A stretch of 63,804 bases of DNA, the filler included, from Octopus bimaculoides (taxonomy: Eukaryota): the NCBI RefSeq assembly GCF_001194135.2. It is 4 parts of 3 records of this genome, joined end to end, with 100 filler letters (N's around TTAATTAATTAA, not from the genome) between each part and the next. Parts side by side here need not be neighbours in the genome. Positions count along the whole stretch, not along the records: positions 16,517 to 36,671 come from NC_068999.1; positions 36,772 to 61,576 come from NC_068986.1; 2 more parts are not named here. The stretch is one strand, 5' to 3'. Positions 26,358-40,103 of the stretch are shown piece after piece. The number at the start of each line of letters is the position of its first letter. Within the stretch, counting starts at the first letter, position 1. The notes below the pieces were generated by a model. It made no database searches. It was given only the letters and a program-made list of their open reading frames with translations, and had not been told where the DNA came from. The position numbers and the translations under genes are program-made.

Positions 26358-26805
26358 CACACGTATTTATTAACATGTGTGTGTGTGTGTGTGTAGTAGT
26401 TAAATAATCTATCTAATTGTTTGTCTGTCTGTCTGTCTGTCTGTTTATCTATCTGTCTGTCTGTCTGTCTGTATGACTCTCTCTCTCTCCCTCTCTTTCT
26501 CTCTTTGTTTATGCATATATATANNNNNNNNNNNNNNNNNNNNNNNNNNNNNNNNNNNNNNNNNNNNNNNNNNNNNNNNNNNNNNNNNNNNNNNNNNNNN
26601 NNNNNNNNNNNNNNNNNNNNNNNNNNNNNNNNNNNNNNNNNNNNNNNNNNNNNNNNNNNNNNNNNNTATATATATATATATATATATATATGGAGATGAT
26701 TTCTTATGCCTTCACTAGACGCCGAGGAAAATTTGGAGATCTGCACAGCAGTCAAACATCTAGCAAAGCACTCATCAATTATACAGTACTCATAAATGCT
26801 CTCAC

Positions 26806-26850
26806 CTCAGCTTCCCGCGGAGAAAATATATTCGTCTTAGTAGCGTCCAT
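26806..26850 (-). CDS. Candidate first coding exon portion (MDATKTNIFSPREAE) of an unidentified gene
   Basis: TTCAAAATGG start context, GAG|GTGAGA donor, TTTCTATACAG acceptor (exon start 26868), and a plausible 81-nt upstream intron (26869-26949). Confidence 0.45.
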
Positions 26851-27019
26851 TTTGAAGCCAGCCTTCACCTGTATAGAAACGATATGGTCAGCTATGAGAT
26901 CTTTAATAACTTTATCTATTCGATTTATGTTATCAAAGGTTATGCTGACCTTGGTAGGAATGAGAGTAAAAACCATAAACAAACCAAACAATTCTTCTAT
27001 TAGACTGGCTCTCGACCAA

Positions 27020-27035
27020 ACACCGCCATCTTGTC
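27020..27035 (-). promoter_or_regulatory. YY1-type motif CCGCCATCTT (AAGATGGCGG), putative TSS-proximal element
   Basis: Exact consensus match at 27023-27032 in CpG-retaining unique sequence just upstream of the candidate exons. Confidence 0.45.
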
Positions 27036-27577
27036 ATTAAACGCGGACATTAAATATGTGTACAGTCTGGTCGATAGTATTGTTAGCTTTGTTTGTGTTT
27101 GTTGTCTCTCTCCCCACCTCTCTCCCTCTCAGCATTAGAGATGCTGGAAATATAAAGAAATGAAATATATTATTCGACCATTTCATATCGGTAAAGGATT
27201 TATTTAAAAGGACATGCGATGACATTATTGGAAGGTGGAGGGACTTATTTATCTTGGAAATGAAGAAGCTTTCTCGTAGCTTCGTTCGTTAATGGTAAGT
27301 AGCAGCACCAGCCAGCTAGCCAGCCAAGTCATCTGTAGTGGATTCTGGGGAATCGGTAAAAATGCCGGCCAGTCAAACACTACAATAACGTGAAAGGTAT
27401 TTTCTAATAAGACGCGGCGAATATGATTTTATATAATGAGAACGTTTGTCTTGCAGCGTCGGAACGTCTCCATGTCAACAATCTGACGTCTTTTCAGCGG
27501 AACAACTAATAAGTGAATATGACATCATTTATTCTTTTGACGAGGACGAGAATACGCCACAACAACAACAGCAACAG

Positions 27578-27616
<39 letters not shown>

Positions 27617-28124
27617 AGAAAGAACAATGACAGTAGCCAAAACCTAACGAGAATAGTGAAAACAATGATGACGACAATGATGACAACAATAACATGAATA
27701 CACCTACGACAACAAATAACAACAACAACAACAATAAAAGAAACAAGAATAATAATAACAATGACAATAACAACACTAACAACAATAATCGCAATAAAAC
27801 AGTGACCACAGGAACAGCAACAACAAGAATAATTGGAAACGTTAAATAAAACGACATCCGTTTCGAACAGACGTTGTTTACGAGATTCATTGACGTACTG
27901 CAACCCGTGGGACTTTATGAATTGCACGCCTATTGAGAGAAATTCTTTCGAATTTTTTTGGTTGTGTGGAAAACTAAAAGAAGCAGCACATATACTAGGA
28001 CATAATAACCTCTTAAGCAGACCCGGTGCAGATATGAGTAGCATATGGGAATCGGTATTAAGGAAGGATAGGAAAATATTAGATTTATAAGCCCTAAAAT
28101 TCACTCCATAATTGCCCACGGGCA

Positions 28125-28495
28125 TTTCTGAGTTCAAATTCCGCCGAGGTCGACTTTGCCTTTCATCCTTTCGGGGTCGATAAATTAAGTACCAGTTGTG
28201 TACCGGGATCAATCTAATCGACTAGCCCTCTCCCCAAAAATCCGGACCTTGTGCCTTGAGTAGAAAAGAATATTTAAAGGCGGCGTGCTGGCAGAATTGT
28301 TAGCACGCCGGGCGAAATGCTTAGCGGTATTTCGTCTGCCGCTACGTTCTGAGTTCAAATTCCGCCGAGGTTGACTTTGCCTTTCATCCTTTCGGGGTCT
28401 ATAAATTAAGTACTAGTTTCGTACTGGGGTCGATCTAATCGTTGGCCCCGCTCCCCCAAAACTTCAGGCCTTGTGCCTAGAGTAGAAAAGATTAT
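28125..28495 (+). mobile_element. Two tandem S2 SINEs (first 5'-truncated)
   Basis: Near-intact heads and cores; both end CTTGTGCCT(T/A)GAGTAGAAAAGA. Confidence 0.92.
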
Positions 28496-29697
28496 AAAAA
28501 AATTAAGTATTTTGTGTATGGTAGAAGTATAACCGATTTATTGCAGGTGAATTTTAACAACAGAATCTTCTACGGACCCCGGTTGAAAATCACTGGAGTA
28601 AATGTTAATTATACTTTAGTTAATTGTACTTTAGGTAATGTACTGTAATTGTATTCTAATTGACGTGAGATATTGTTAATTGTACTCTAGATCTAAAACA
28701 TTGTTAATTGTACTCTCCTAATGTGAAATCTTGTTAATTGTACGATCAATTTGTTTCTGTGACTATTCACACTGTGTCGACTGGGAATCAGAAGGCGACT
28801 TACAGTTACAAACGAGTAATTCTGAGAGAGAAAATTTCCAATAACTGATTAGAAATGTTACGTTATCAAGAGATGAAACATTGCTTTTAAGCTCAGAAAT
28901 TTTTACCAGACTACAATAGCCAATTAATATCACAGCATCAACTCAACTTTCAAAGATTAATATACTTCAAATTGTTATATCTGCAGTGATCCGGAAACTC
29001 AAATCGTTTTACGTGTTACAAATGAAGGGTTTACAATTGTCACGTCTATTGTAGTTCAGTTGTTATTTAGACAATCGGAAACTTAGCTGTCAGCAATATA
29101 GACGTTGTGCGGGTTTTCTAATACGCGGTTCAGTAAGCCGAGGCATGGACGTCTGGTTAAAAGGTTTGCTTTCTAACTGCATTATCCCGGGTTCGATCAA
29201 TCTGCGCAGTCCCTTGGGGAAAATGTCTTTCACTATATAACCACGGCTTGACTAAAGTGCCGTGGGTGGAATTTGGTGATGAGAAACCGTACAGAAGCCT
29301 GCCGTATGTATGTATGTATTTGCATGTATGTATGTACGTATGTATGTATGTATGTATGTATGTATGTATTTGGATGTGTGCATGTATGTATGTATGTATG
29401 GATGGATGGATGCGTGAACGTATGTATGTATGCATGCATATGTGTATGTATATACGTATGTACGTGTATGCGTGTATATATGTATTTCTGTATGTGTTTA
29501 TGCATATATGAGTGTATATGTACGTGTGTGTGTGTGTGTTTACGTATGCATGTATACTCATATATCTGCGTGTATGTATGTGTGCGTATATGTGTGTGTA
29601 TACGTATGCATATACCCTTGTGCGCGTGTATACGTATGCTTGTATACGTATATGTAAACATATATGTAAGTATGTATGTTTGTGTATATGTATGCGC

Positions 29698-29751
<54 letters not shown>

Positions 29752-31779
29752 ATGCATGTATATATGTGTGTATGTATGCATACAGATTTGCATGTATACA
29801 TTCACGTATGTATGCATGTTTGCGTGCGCGCGTGTGTATGCATGCATGTGCATATGTATGTACGTCCGTATGTTTGAATGTGTATATGTATGTATGTATG
29901 TATGTATGTGTGTATGTATGCATGTATGTATGCATCTATGAGTATATATGTGTGCGTGCCGAGTCGAAGTTATGTTTACGACACGTACATCGGTCAGAGC
30001 AAAAAACCGGTTTTCTTTATGTCACTTAAGTTAGTAATTGATACGAATGATAAAGATCAATAACAATAATATAACAGCCTATTGTAATAAGCACAGGGAT
30101 TGATATAATCGGCTAAAACAACGATGCTCCAGCATGACCGCAACTCAAATACCAAGACAGCTTTAAAAATATGAAAACAAGTGTACAAATGCGTAAACGT
30201 CATATATAGCAATGATATACGCGGTTATCCCTGTCGTCTGCCGCATTTCCAGCCCGATTACAGCAAATATGGCAAATTACTTATGAAAAGAACCTTTCTC
30301 CTTTGGTCACGTAGTTGTCGATAGATAAAATAGAAACCTCCGTATAATAGAGGAGAAAACTGATGAAGCATACTGAAGTTGTAAACAACAGCTTCGCTTG
30401 GAAAATAATATTTATTAAGGACACGCTGGTGCCAGATCGGAAATAACCGAGTTATAACAAATGTTCAGAGTAAATGTGAAAGTGTTTTCCTCGATTCGCT
30501 ACTTGTCTTACATTTCTTTGTTTTCTTCTTCCTTTTTTGTTTGTTTTTGTTTGTGTTTTTGTTTTTTACTGAAACAAAGCTTAGTCGTCGAAGACTTTCT
30601 TTCATTAATAAATTGATCTGACAAACGAGTCGAATTATCGATAAAAATCTAAAAATAATACAAACAATATTTGCTTTTATATGCAATGAATTTGTTTTTC
30701 TTTTTTTTTTTCTTTTTCTTTCTTGTTTTTTTTTTCTTTGAAGTCGGAAAATATTGGGACGTCGAGTCTCCATGAACCGACAACGCGGGAATGCGATAAA
30801 CTGTAGAGACAGAAATATTGCTCAAAGCTACCATTCCATAAGAAACTAATACCCTTTCATTATAATAGTTAGATTTTTGAACCAAATGTTCTTCTTTGAT
30901 AATCTACAAGTTTATTCAATCAACAGACGATAGACGTCGCTAACACGTTTTCCACTCCTGTCTCCTTCTCTTTTTCCATTCTACTTATTCATTCACACTA
31001 CTTCCTTCCCCACTTTTCTACACGTTTCCTACTTCTACTACTATTATCTCCATTTCTCTTCTTCTTCTTCTCTTTATTACTTCCAATCTTTCTCATTCTT
31101 TTCCCCTGTCTCCCACCTATTTTTTCCCTCCTCTTATTGCTCGTGCTTGCTTAAGAAATGCAGACATGACGCCATTATGAAAAACATCGACCAACATTAA
31201 ATGTTGCTCAATCTTTAATAATAGCGTCATTGTTAACTGTTGTTCATAACAGCCCTAGCACGTCGTACGTAGTATGTATGATGGTGAGTCACTTTCAACG
31301 TTGATGGAGATTCCCATAAACAGGATACGTAATAAATAAGTTAAAAGCATTTGTTTTGTCACCGCCACAAACAGCAGATAAATCTCACACCAACCAAACT
31401 GTATAAGGCACCCACCGTACGTTTGTGACAACTCCTCTACAATCCATTATACATCCATCAACGTTATAGAAAGGATAGGCCCATCACTTTGACATCGAAC
31501 GCGTTCGACAGAGTAAAAAGCTGAAGAAAGCAAAAGACAAAAAAAAAAAAAAAAAAAAAAAAAAATGAAGAGACAGACGTCTTTATGATTCTTAAATCTA
31601 TATTCTTTGTCATGAGAACAATATTCCAGTCAACGTTATTATTTTTTTTGTTTTGTTTTTATTTTTCGTTTTTCTTTTTTATTCTTCGTCAATCTCTCTG
31701 TTTAATATAACAACTGTTACTTTGAAATTATTCACCAATTATTCACAGATATCTGTACAACAACAACAACAACAACAAT

Positions 31780-32092
<313 letters not shown>

Positions 32093-32106
32093 CCCTTCCC
32101 TCCTTG

Positions 32107-32152
<46 letters not shown>

Positions 32153-32531
32153 TAATAACAATAATAATGATAATAATAATGATGATGATGATATAACGTG
32201 GATCCTCGTCCGCATGTATGTTGTCGTTGGCACTGTAATATTCTTGTTGCCAGTATTATGTTGTGGTGTTATTCCGGCGTCTCATTATCTTGGACTCGTC
32301 TACCGTGCTGTCGCTGTCAGCTCCGCAAGACAATGTGTTTGAAACGCCTACCTTGACGCTAACTCGAACTCGTATACATCACGTAACTGACACTGACTCC
32401 AACCGAGAACTCGTACAACGACTCTACTACTACTCAACCCCTGCAACGACTGACTGTGTGACTTCATAGTTGCTGGTTCATACCACTTTGCCACGTAGCT
32501 AGCTATCTCTCTCTCTCTATCCATCTATCCA

Positions 32532-32590
<59 letters not shown>

Positions 32591-32919
32591 CTATCTATTC
32601 TAAGCATTGTTTCTTATTTTAGCACAAGGCCAGCAATTTAAAGGGTGGTGGGGTTGGCAAAATCGATTATATCGACGCAATTTACGCTACTGGTACATTA
32701 TTTTACCGACCTTGAGAGCAGGAAAGACAAAGTCTTCTTCGGCAGAATTTAACCTCAAGACACCAAGAAACGGAAGAAATGCTGCTAGGCAACGATTCTG
32801 TCAGCTCACCGTATTTGACATAGTCTAAGCATAAAATAAATATTTATGCATGCATTATGTGTCAACTTGAATTTGTCACAAAATTCTCATAAAAGTTTGA
32901 CACAAGACAACGGTCATGC

Positions 32920-33085
32920 TGTCTCGCCCCGCCAGCAAGAGGCACTAAGTGTACAGAACTCTAGTCATAAATATGTCAAATCTTTAATCGTAGTTAAAAA
33001 TCGTCGGAAGTGATGTTGCGAAATCACTAAATTAGGAGAAACAGTCGATCACGTGGTGCGCAGACGACCTCAAAATGGCAGCCTT
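32920..33085. promoter_or_regulatory. Housekeeping-type promoter motif cluster
   Basis: GC box CCCCGCC (32927), ETS CGGAAGTG (33005), E-box CACGTG (33050) and YY1-like AAAATGGCAGCC (33072) within about 160 bp of CpG-rich sequence. Confidence 0.55.
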
Positions 33086-33211
33086 TACTGACTTCTCCAT
33101 TATTTTCTTTTTCCTCTCTCTTTCTCTCTCCATCTTAAAAGAAGCACACGACCCGAGAAGAACAACACTGGTACCCTTGAAATCTTCTCGTCTTCTCTTC
33201 CAAAGAGCTAC

Positions 33212-33269
<58 letters not shown>

Positions 33270-33434
33270 CATTATTATTTAGATGGGTTCTGTGAAGAAC
33301 AGTTTCACACACTAGTGAATAAACTCGCCATTAAAAGAATTTATAGTGACTCCTTCCTGCTAAGTTCAACACATAAGGTACCGATGGCGGATTTCTTGGT
33401 AATTGTTTGACTTGTTAGATATGACAGTCAAATC

Positions 33435-33518
<84 letters not shown>

Positions 33519-34577
33519 CCTCTCTCTCTCTGTCTGAACACATTACACTGTATAAAATAAAGTGCAGTACACGCATTTGGGTATTCTAGTCTGAGGTAAA
33601 GTTTCTTCCAGAAATAACGAGAGATAGAGAAATAGAAAGAGAGATCGAGAGAGAAAGAGGGAGGGAGAGATAGAGAGAAAAAGAGAGAGGTGGAGAGAGA
33701 AGAAAACAAAGAAGAAAGAGAAGAGGTAAAAGGAGCAAGAAGGAGTAGTAGTAGTAGTAGAAGAAGAACCGGTCACCGTATTGGACTGCGACTTATATTT
33801 ATGGACCATGAAAGAATAAAAGTCGAACGTTGATCCCAACGCGGTTCGAAACCAGATACCCGGAAGCCAAACTGAACAAGCCAGAGACTCTACGGTCGCG
33901 CCACCTTACGGCCCCACAAGAGAACCGCTAAACTACCACTCAAACACAGCCTGTCTTCTTTGTATGACCATCATCACTCCACTACAACTACATAAGCGCA
34001 AAACTACCACCCAAACATCAGTTTTATTTTTTGTATGACAACCTCTGTAACACAACAAATAGATGCTAAACTACTACCCAAACATCGCTTTCATTTCTTG
34101 TGCAACTACCACAGTACTGCTGTAACCGCTACACCACCGTTATACCGCTCTTTGAATACCATCTTTCCTCACAACATCACCACTCCCGCTGCCGTCATGT
34201 CGTCAATACCACTTATACCATGTGACCAATACTCTCTTCACTATCACACCACTACTATCACCACCACTACAACTTCACACCAACCACTAACACACACATG
34301 CAGACACAACACTACTATTACTACTACTGCTACTACTACTACTACTATTATCACCACCACCAGACAACCACTACATCACCACCACTACATCACCACCACT
34401 ACTACAACTACCACCACTACCACCATCACCACCAACAACAACATTACTACTGCTACTACTACTACTACTACTACCACTACATTACTACTACTAATACTAC
34501 TGCTACCACCACCATCACCACCACCAGACCACCACCAACACCACTACTACTATCACTACCACCAACAACAACAACAT

Positions 34578-34610
<33 letters not shown>

Positions 34611-34925
34611 AACCTGCTCGTCCGCCTGGTCGCCAGTCCGGCACCCAAGACCGAACACCCGCCCGCTCGGCCGCCTGCCAGCCCAGTGATACGATTAAAT
34701 TTCTGTCGACGAACGCTGTATCCACNNNNNNNNNNNNNNNNNNNNNNNNNNNNNNNNNNNNNNNNNNNNNNNNNNNNNNNNNNNNNNNNNNNNNNNNNNN
34801 NNNNNNNNNNNNNNNNNNNNNNNNNNNNNNNNNNNNNNNNNNNNNNNNNNNNTAATAAAATGGTTTAATTAGAGAATTTGAACAAAACTAGCTAATTCCA
34901 CCAGAGGAAAATGTACTCGAGGAAC

Positions 34926-34979
<54 letters not shown>

Positions 34980-35141
34980 GAGAGACACAGAGAGACACAG
35001 AGACAGAGAGAGAGAAAGAAATAAGGATATATATATATATATATATATATAGATAGATAGATAGATAGATAGATAGGGGGAGAGAGAGTCTGAATGTTCA
35101 TCCTCTCCGTCTCTGATCTGTTTTTGTGTCTGCGTGTGCGG

Positions 35142-35186
<45 letters not shown>

Positions 35187-36771
35187 CACCACGTAACACA
35201 GTTGTTTCTTTACCATTCTAATACACACACACACACACACACATGCACACACAAACACATACACTAACACATACAGATACACTCACACGGTTATACATAT
35301 GTATTGCACGGTGATAACGAGTTTACCAATAATAATAATAATAATAACAATAATAATAATAATAATAATAATAATGATAATAATAATAATGATAATAATA
35401 ATGGTTGATGCTGATAATACCGAAAACAATAAAAGTAAAAATAATAAGGATGATGATTATTTTTATAGTCGACACTAAATCTCCATAGAAATCAAATAAT
35501 ATGTACGGTTTCTTTTCTCTTTCGTTTTCTTNNNNNNNNNNNNNNNNNNNNNNNNNNNNNNNNNNNNNNNNNNNNNNNNNNNNNNNNNNNNNNNNNNNNN
35601 NNNNNNNNNNNNNNNNNNNNNNNNNNNNNNNNNNNNNNNNNNNNNNNNNNNNNNNNNNNNNNNNNNNNNNNNNNNNNNNNNNNNNNNNNNNNNNNNNNNN
35701 NNNNNNNNNNNNNNNNNNNNNNNNNNNNNNNNNNNNNNNNNNNNNNNNNNNNNNNNNNNNNNNNNNNNNNNNNNNNNNNNNNNNNNNNNNNNNNNNNNNN
35801 NNNNNNNNNNNNNNNNNNNNNNNNNNNNNNNNNNNNNNNNNNNNNNNNNNNNNNNNNNNNNNNNNNNNNNNGGTGGTAGTGGTTGTTTTGGTGGTGAAGG
35901 GAAGGTAGAGTTGGTACCAGTACTGGTCGTACAAATGCTGGAGCAGTGGTGGAAGTACTGGTATTGGTGCAGTGGCAGTTGGTGCAGTGGTAGTTGGCGC
36001 AGTGGTAGTAGAATGCTAGAAGAAGTTATGTGAATGGTATGGTTGATGTTGAAGCCAATAGAGCTGTGGTAGTCGAATGGTGGTCGATTTGCAGCTGTGT
36101 ATTAGTCGAGTGGTTGTTGAATGGTAGTCGAGGGATAGCCGACTCGTTGTTGAGTGGTGGCTGAGTGGCTGTTGAGTAGTACTCGAGTGGTAGTTGAGTG
36201 GAGGTCGAGGAATTGTCGCGTGGTCATTGAGTGGTAATCGAGGGCTATACGACTGGTTGTTGAGTGGTATTTGAGTGGTAGCTGAGTGGTAGTCGAGTGA
36301 GGTTGAGTGGGGCTAGAGATGTAATTGAGTGTGGTCAAGTGGTTGTTGATTTTTAGTCGAGTGATGGTCGAGTAGAGCTAGAGATGTAGTTGAGTGTGGG
36401 TTAGGATGGTAGTAGGGGTGATGGTGCTGGCAGTGGTGGTAGTGGTGGTGGAGTGTTGGCAGAATGTAAGTTAAGTGGTAGTAGAGACGTTGTTGATTAC
36501 TGTTGTATGGGTAACAGTATAGGTATAGTGGAGTGGTAATAGAAGAGATGTAAGAGTTAGTACCGCTACCTGGCAAGAGAGATGGTGGTGGTTGTGGTGG
36601 TGGTGTGGGTAGTAGATTTATGGTAGAGATAGGGTTAATGGTAGTGATAGTGGTGGTGGTGGTGGTGGTGGNNNNNNNNNNNNNNNNNNNNNNNNNNNNN
36701 NNNNNNNNNNNNNNNTTAATTAATTAANNNNNNNNNNNNNNNNNNNNNNNNNNNNNNNNNNNNNNNNNNNN

Positions 36772-36828
<57 letters not shown>

Positions 36829-36959
36829 CACTTACACACACATATATATATATATATATGCATAACTTTCATATATATACACACACACACACTTATATGC
36901 ACTCATCCATATATGCATAATTGCACATACACAAACATACATTATACATCATGTTGTAC

Positions 36960-37292
36960 TTCATCACATCTTAAGATCATTTATACCAACGAAACGTACT
37001 TCTTATGATATGCGTACATTTCAGAGCATTATTCTTTACTTTATTGATCAATTTATCCTTAGAGAAGAGTACGTGGTATAGTTCTACCGTACAGAGCGAT
37101 CAATACTTTCTTCCTCTCTCATATGGCATTGATTTAGCTATTATAGACCATTCTAATGAATACTGTTTATAACTTTCCTTAAGATCCCAGATGTATTTGC
37201 TAAGACTAGTGCTAGCCATTTTCTTCCTATCTCTAAAGCAAGAGAAATGGTTAGAAATTCTACGGCATACTTGTCCTGAAGTGCACCCCATA
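36960..37292 (-). mobile_element. Penelope-like element GIY-YIG endonuclease C-terminal relic
   Basis: Minus frame RISNHFSCFR...STSLSKYIWDLK...YSLEWSII...Y*SLC.VE...LINK matches the NH..SF...T.LSKYIW.LK...WSI...C.LC..EK pattern. Confidence 0.8.
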
Positions 37293-37649
37293 TATATATA
37301 TATATATGAATGGCTTCAGTGATACGGACTCACATACACGCATGCACGCACGCACGTTGTTTTAATCGATTTTCTCTATAAGTATGGGGGCTAGGAAAAA
37401 ATAGAAAGCGTGTTCTAATCTATGCAACCGTCTCCACATGCGTGCCATTTTTCACGCGAATCCACCCAACCGTTTGGACGTGAACCTCAAGACAAGAAAG
37501 AATACAACGTCGGCCAACTTCAATTTGTATTATAGAGTGTTTACACTATGTTCAATTAGCATTGGTAATATTGAAATTGTTGATTTTAAATCTGGACATC
37601 ATTCAGGTATTGAAAACGAAACAGAGGAGATAGAATTTCTACGTCTAAT

Positions 37650-38200
37650 TATGTTGGCGAATTAAAGCATTTGTGAGATACTTTGACTGCTCAAGCAACG
37701 CTTCATAACTCTCATTTCGAAGGAGGATAATTCCTTGAAGAACAAGTATTATTGCGAAATTGTAGAAAGCGAAATTTGGATTTTACATATCTTAAATTAA
37801 CGATGCTCAATATTATTGTCATAACTTTAATGGAATCTTCGGAAGTTTATCTGGAAGGCACATTATAAGTGAATGGAGACACTTCAGAGACGCAGCATTG
37901 CGGAAATTAAAAGCTGTTTTACTATATAATGGAAATTTCAAACCAGCTGTACCCATCGCGCATTCTGGAAATTTAACAAGAATCGTATGTTGCCGTGGAG
38001 ATCATTTTAAGTAAATTCAAATAAAATGAAGCGCAATAGCGTCTATGAAGAGATATTTAAATAACTGACAAGTTATTGGACATGCTACTGAGATTCACCA
38101 AGCAATGTTACTCTCCTTGTTTGTGAGGCAGTTGTGCTATAATAAAGTATTCTAACAAAGAAGAATCGCCAAATATTTCTTCATATACATCTGCTGTTTA
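37650..38200 (+). mobile_element. CMC/Chapaev-3-like DNA transposase relic, N-terminal/central part
   Basis: SEWRHFRDAALRKLKAVLLYNGNFKPAVPIAHS...FTKQCYSPCL resembles EWRLFIDSS..SLKAVLLHNGN..PS.P.AHS...FTKY.CFLC. Superfamily name is from recall. Confidence 0.75.
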
Positions 38201-39049
38201 TAACACTTGATTTAATACCATTCGATCAGTCCCTGATACAGCCAATATACTGTTGTCACTCATTTCCTTAAGCATTGTTTATGAAGACACTTCTTGGGGG
38301 AAATGACTGAATATTAACTCAATTTCATTTCGATTTCTCTTAGAAATACTTCCGATATTAAATACTCGAAATTTTAAATAGGAAGATGTCTTACAAACGC
38401 TCATAATAGATATCTTACAAACGTTCATATTAGAGTGGAATTAAAGCAAAGAAATTTGAGGGAAATATTTAAAACAGCGGAATCTAAGACCACGAAATCA
38501 ATTGAAATGTTAATATACATATATACGTACTCTATGAGATGATCATCATTAAAAAGTATGTAACTGTTAAGAACAGCGGCAATAATGACAAATGGAAACG
38601 TCACACACTCAGAGCACACGCCTGTGTGTGTGTATGCAGGAAGGATGAGTGTACTGATAGATGTAGATGAGGATGCTTAGGTAATCATAGGAAAATAGAC
38701 ACAAAATTTGAAATATACACAATATATTAATCGATAATTAATCTGTCTACGTTCCTGTCTATCTATTTATCTAGTTATCTATCTATCGCTCTATCTATCT
38801 ATCTATCTATCTATCTATATATATATATATATATATATAATATAGGGGTTCAGTTCACTTGTGATAAACGAATAGGTACGCTGGGTAAGTGCTGTACTGG
38901 TTTATCAATGTTGCAAGATCTTAACTGAGACGGGTGCTATGGATCCATTTTAGGTTTCCAATTTAGCAGATACATATTCGTGAAACAGGACAAGAAACGC
39001 CGAGGCATAACAAGCATCTCAAGTCATATACATTATTTAAACTGTTCTT

Positions 39050-39900
39050 CAATTATTTGAGGTCTTGCAGCTGGGATATGCCGAGTGAAAGGAGATTATC
39101 CTGAATATGGGATCTTCTGTCAGAATATCAATTTTCGACATAACACTGGTTATGGTGGATTTGCGAGATTGTATGGCGTTTTAGGTATTTTGACTGAACT
39201 CTCCACTCGGCTACATCCAAACGCAATAGTCCAGTTGACGGGGATCTGGTGAGATAACAGGCTGTGTGTTTGGAAAAGCATGATCTTGGAGACTGGCATG
39301 AATCCACGCTTGCGTTGTCCTAGACCGATTCAGGCGGTTGTGTGTGTAGCCGCATTGTCTTTTAAATCTTGTGTAACAAAATGTGAGGTTGTTGAATCAT
39401 AACACTTGCCGGAAACGTATTATGCATGACTGTTGGTACCTCATTCAGTTCTCTGCATAACCACCTGCCTTTCGTTTTACTTTTCGGTTGTAATCGAAAA
39501 TTTTCTCATCAGAGAGAAAGCAGAGCATTGCCGTCTTTTGCTGTTTTCACTTGCGCAGCAAACGCTATGCACATATTGACTGATTGTTCCCTTGTCATGT
39601 CCGACATAATCTAACTCATACTCGCATACGATTAACACTGGATGTCTTCATGCACAAATATTTCCATGGGGTATTTCGAAAATTTGAGGTCCTTTGAAAT
39701 GACTTTCAAGTGATTTTATTGATTATTTCTTGACATTTTGGGGCGAAGTTATGTGTTGTGATGGTATTAGAAGATTGTGCTAGCGTTTTCCATTTGGTTT
39801 CTGATATTCCCATTCTTTTAAACAACTTCTAGCTCCATTTTACATATGACAACGATTGCAGGAGTTGTCCGTGTATCTGGATTTTGTGCTTCTAAGGCGG
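39050..39900 (-). mobile_element. Tc1/mariner (maT/DD37D-like) transposase relic
   Basis: Broken minus frames give FLSDEKIF, RWLCRELNEVPTVMHNTFPASVMI and SPDPRQLDYCVW. Confidence 0.75.
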
Positions 39901-40057
39901 CCATTGCAGTGTGCTGTTTTTAGTTGTTAAGTCAACCAAATATCTGACATTATTTATCTCAAAAGTAAGGTAATAGGTATAAATTAGCAGGGAGTAAATT
40001 CTCTGGAAAGAGGTGTCCTTGGAAATCTCTCTCATCCTTTGTATATACACATAAGTT

Positions 40058-40103
<46 letters not shown>

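Noticed and set aside
26806-26850. Resemblance of FSPREAE to N-termini of CEP63/DEUP1 (SPCEAE) or Psf2 (FSPEE)
   Set aside because: Only 4-5 residues match and the expected next exon was not found, so no gene name is assigned.
27446-27697. Poly-Q ORF (EQLISEYDIIYSFDEDENTPQQQQ)
   Set aside because: No in-frame upstream exon or start could be joined (the available donor gives early stops); the Q-run is a (CAG/CAA)n microsatellite.
31495-31508. Perfect 14-bp palindrome TCGAACGCGTTCGA
   Set aside because: A few palindromes of this length are expected by chance in about 55 kb.
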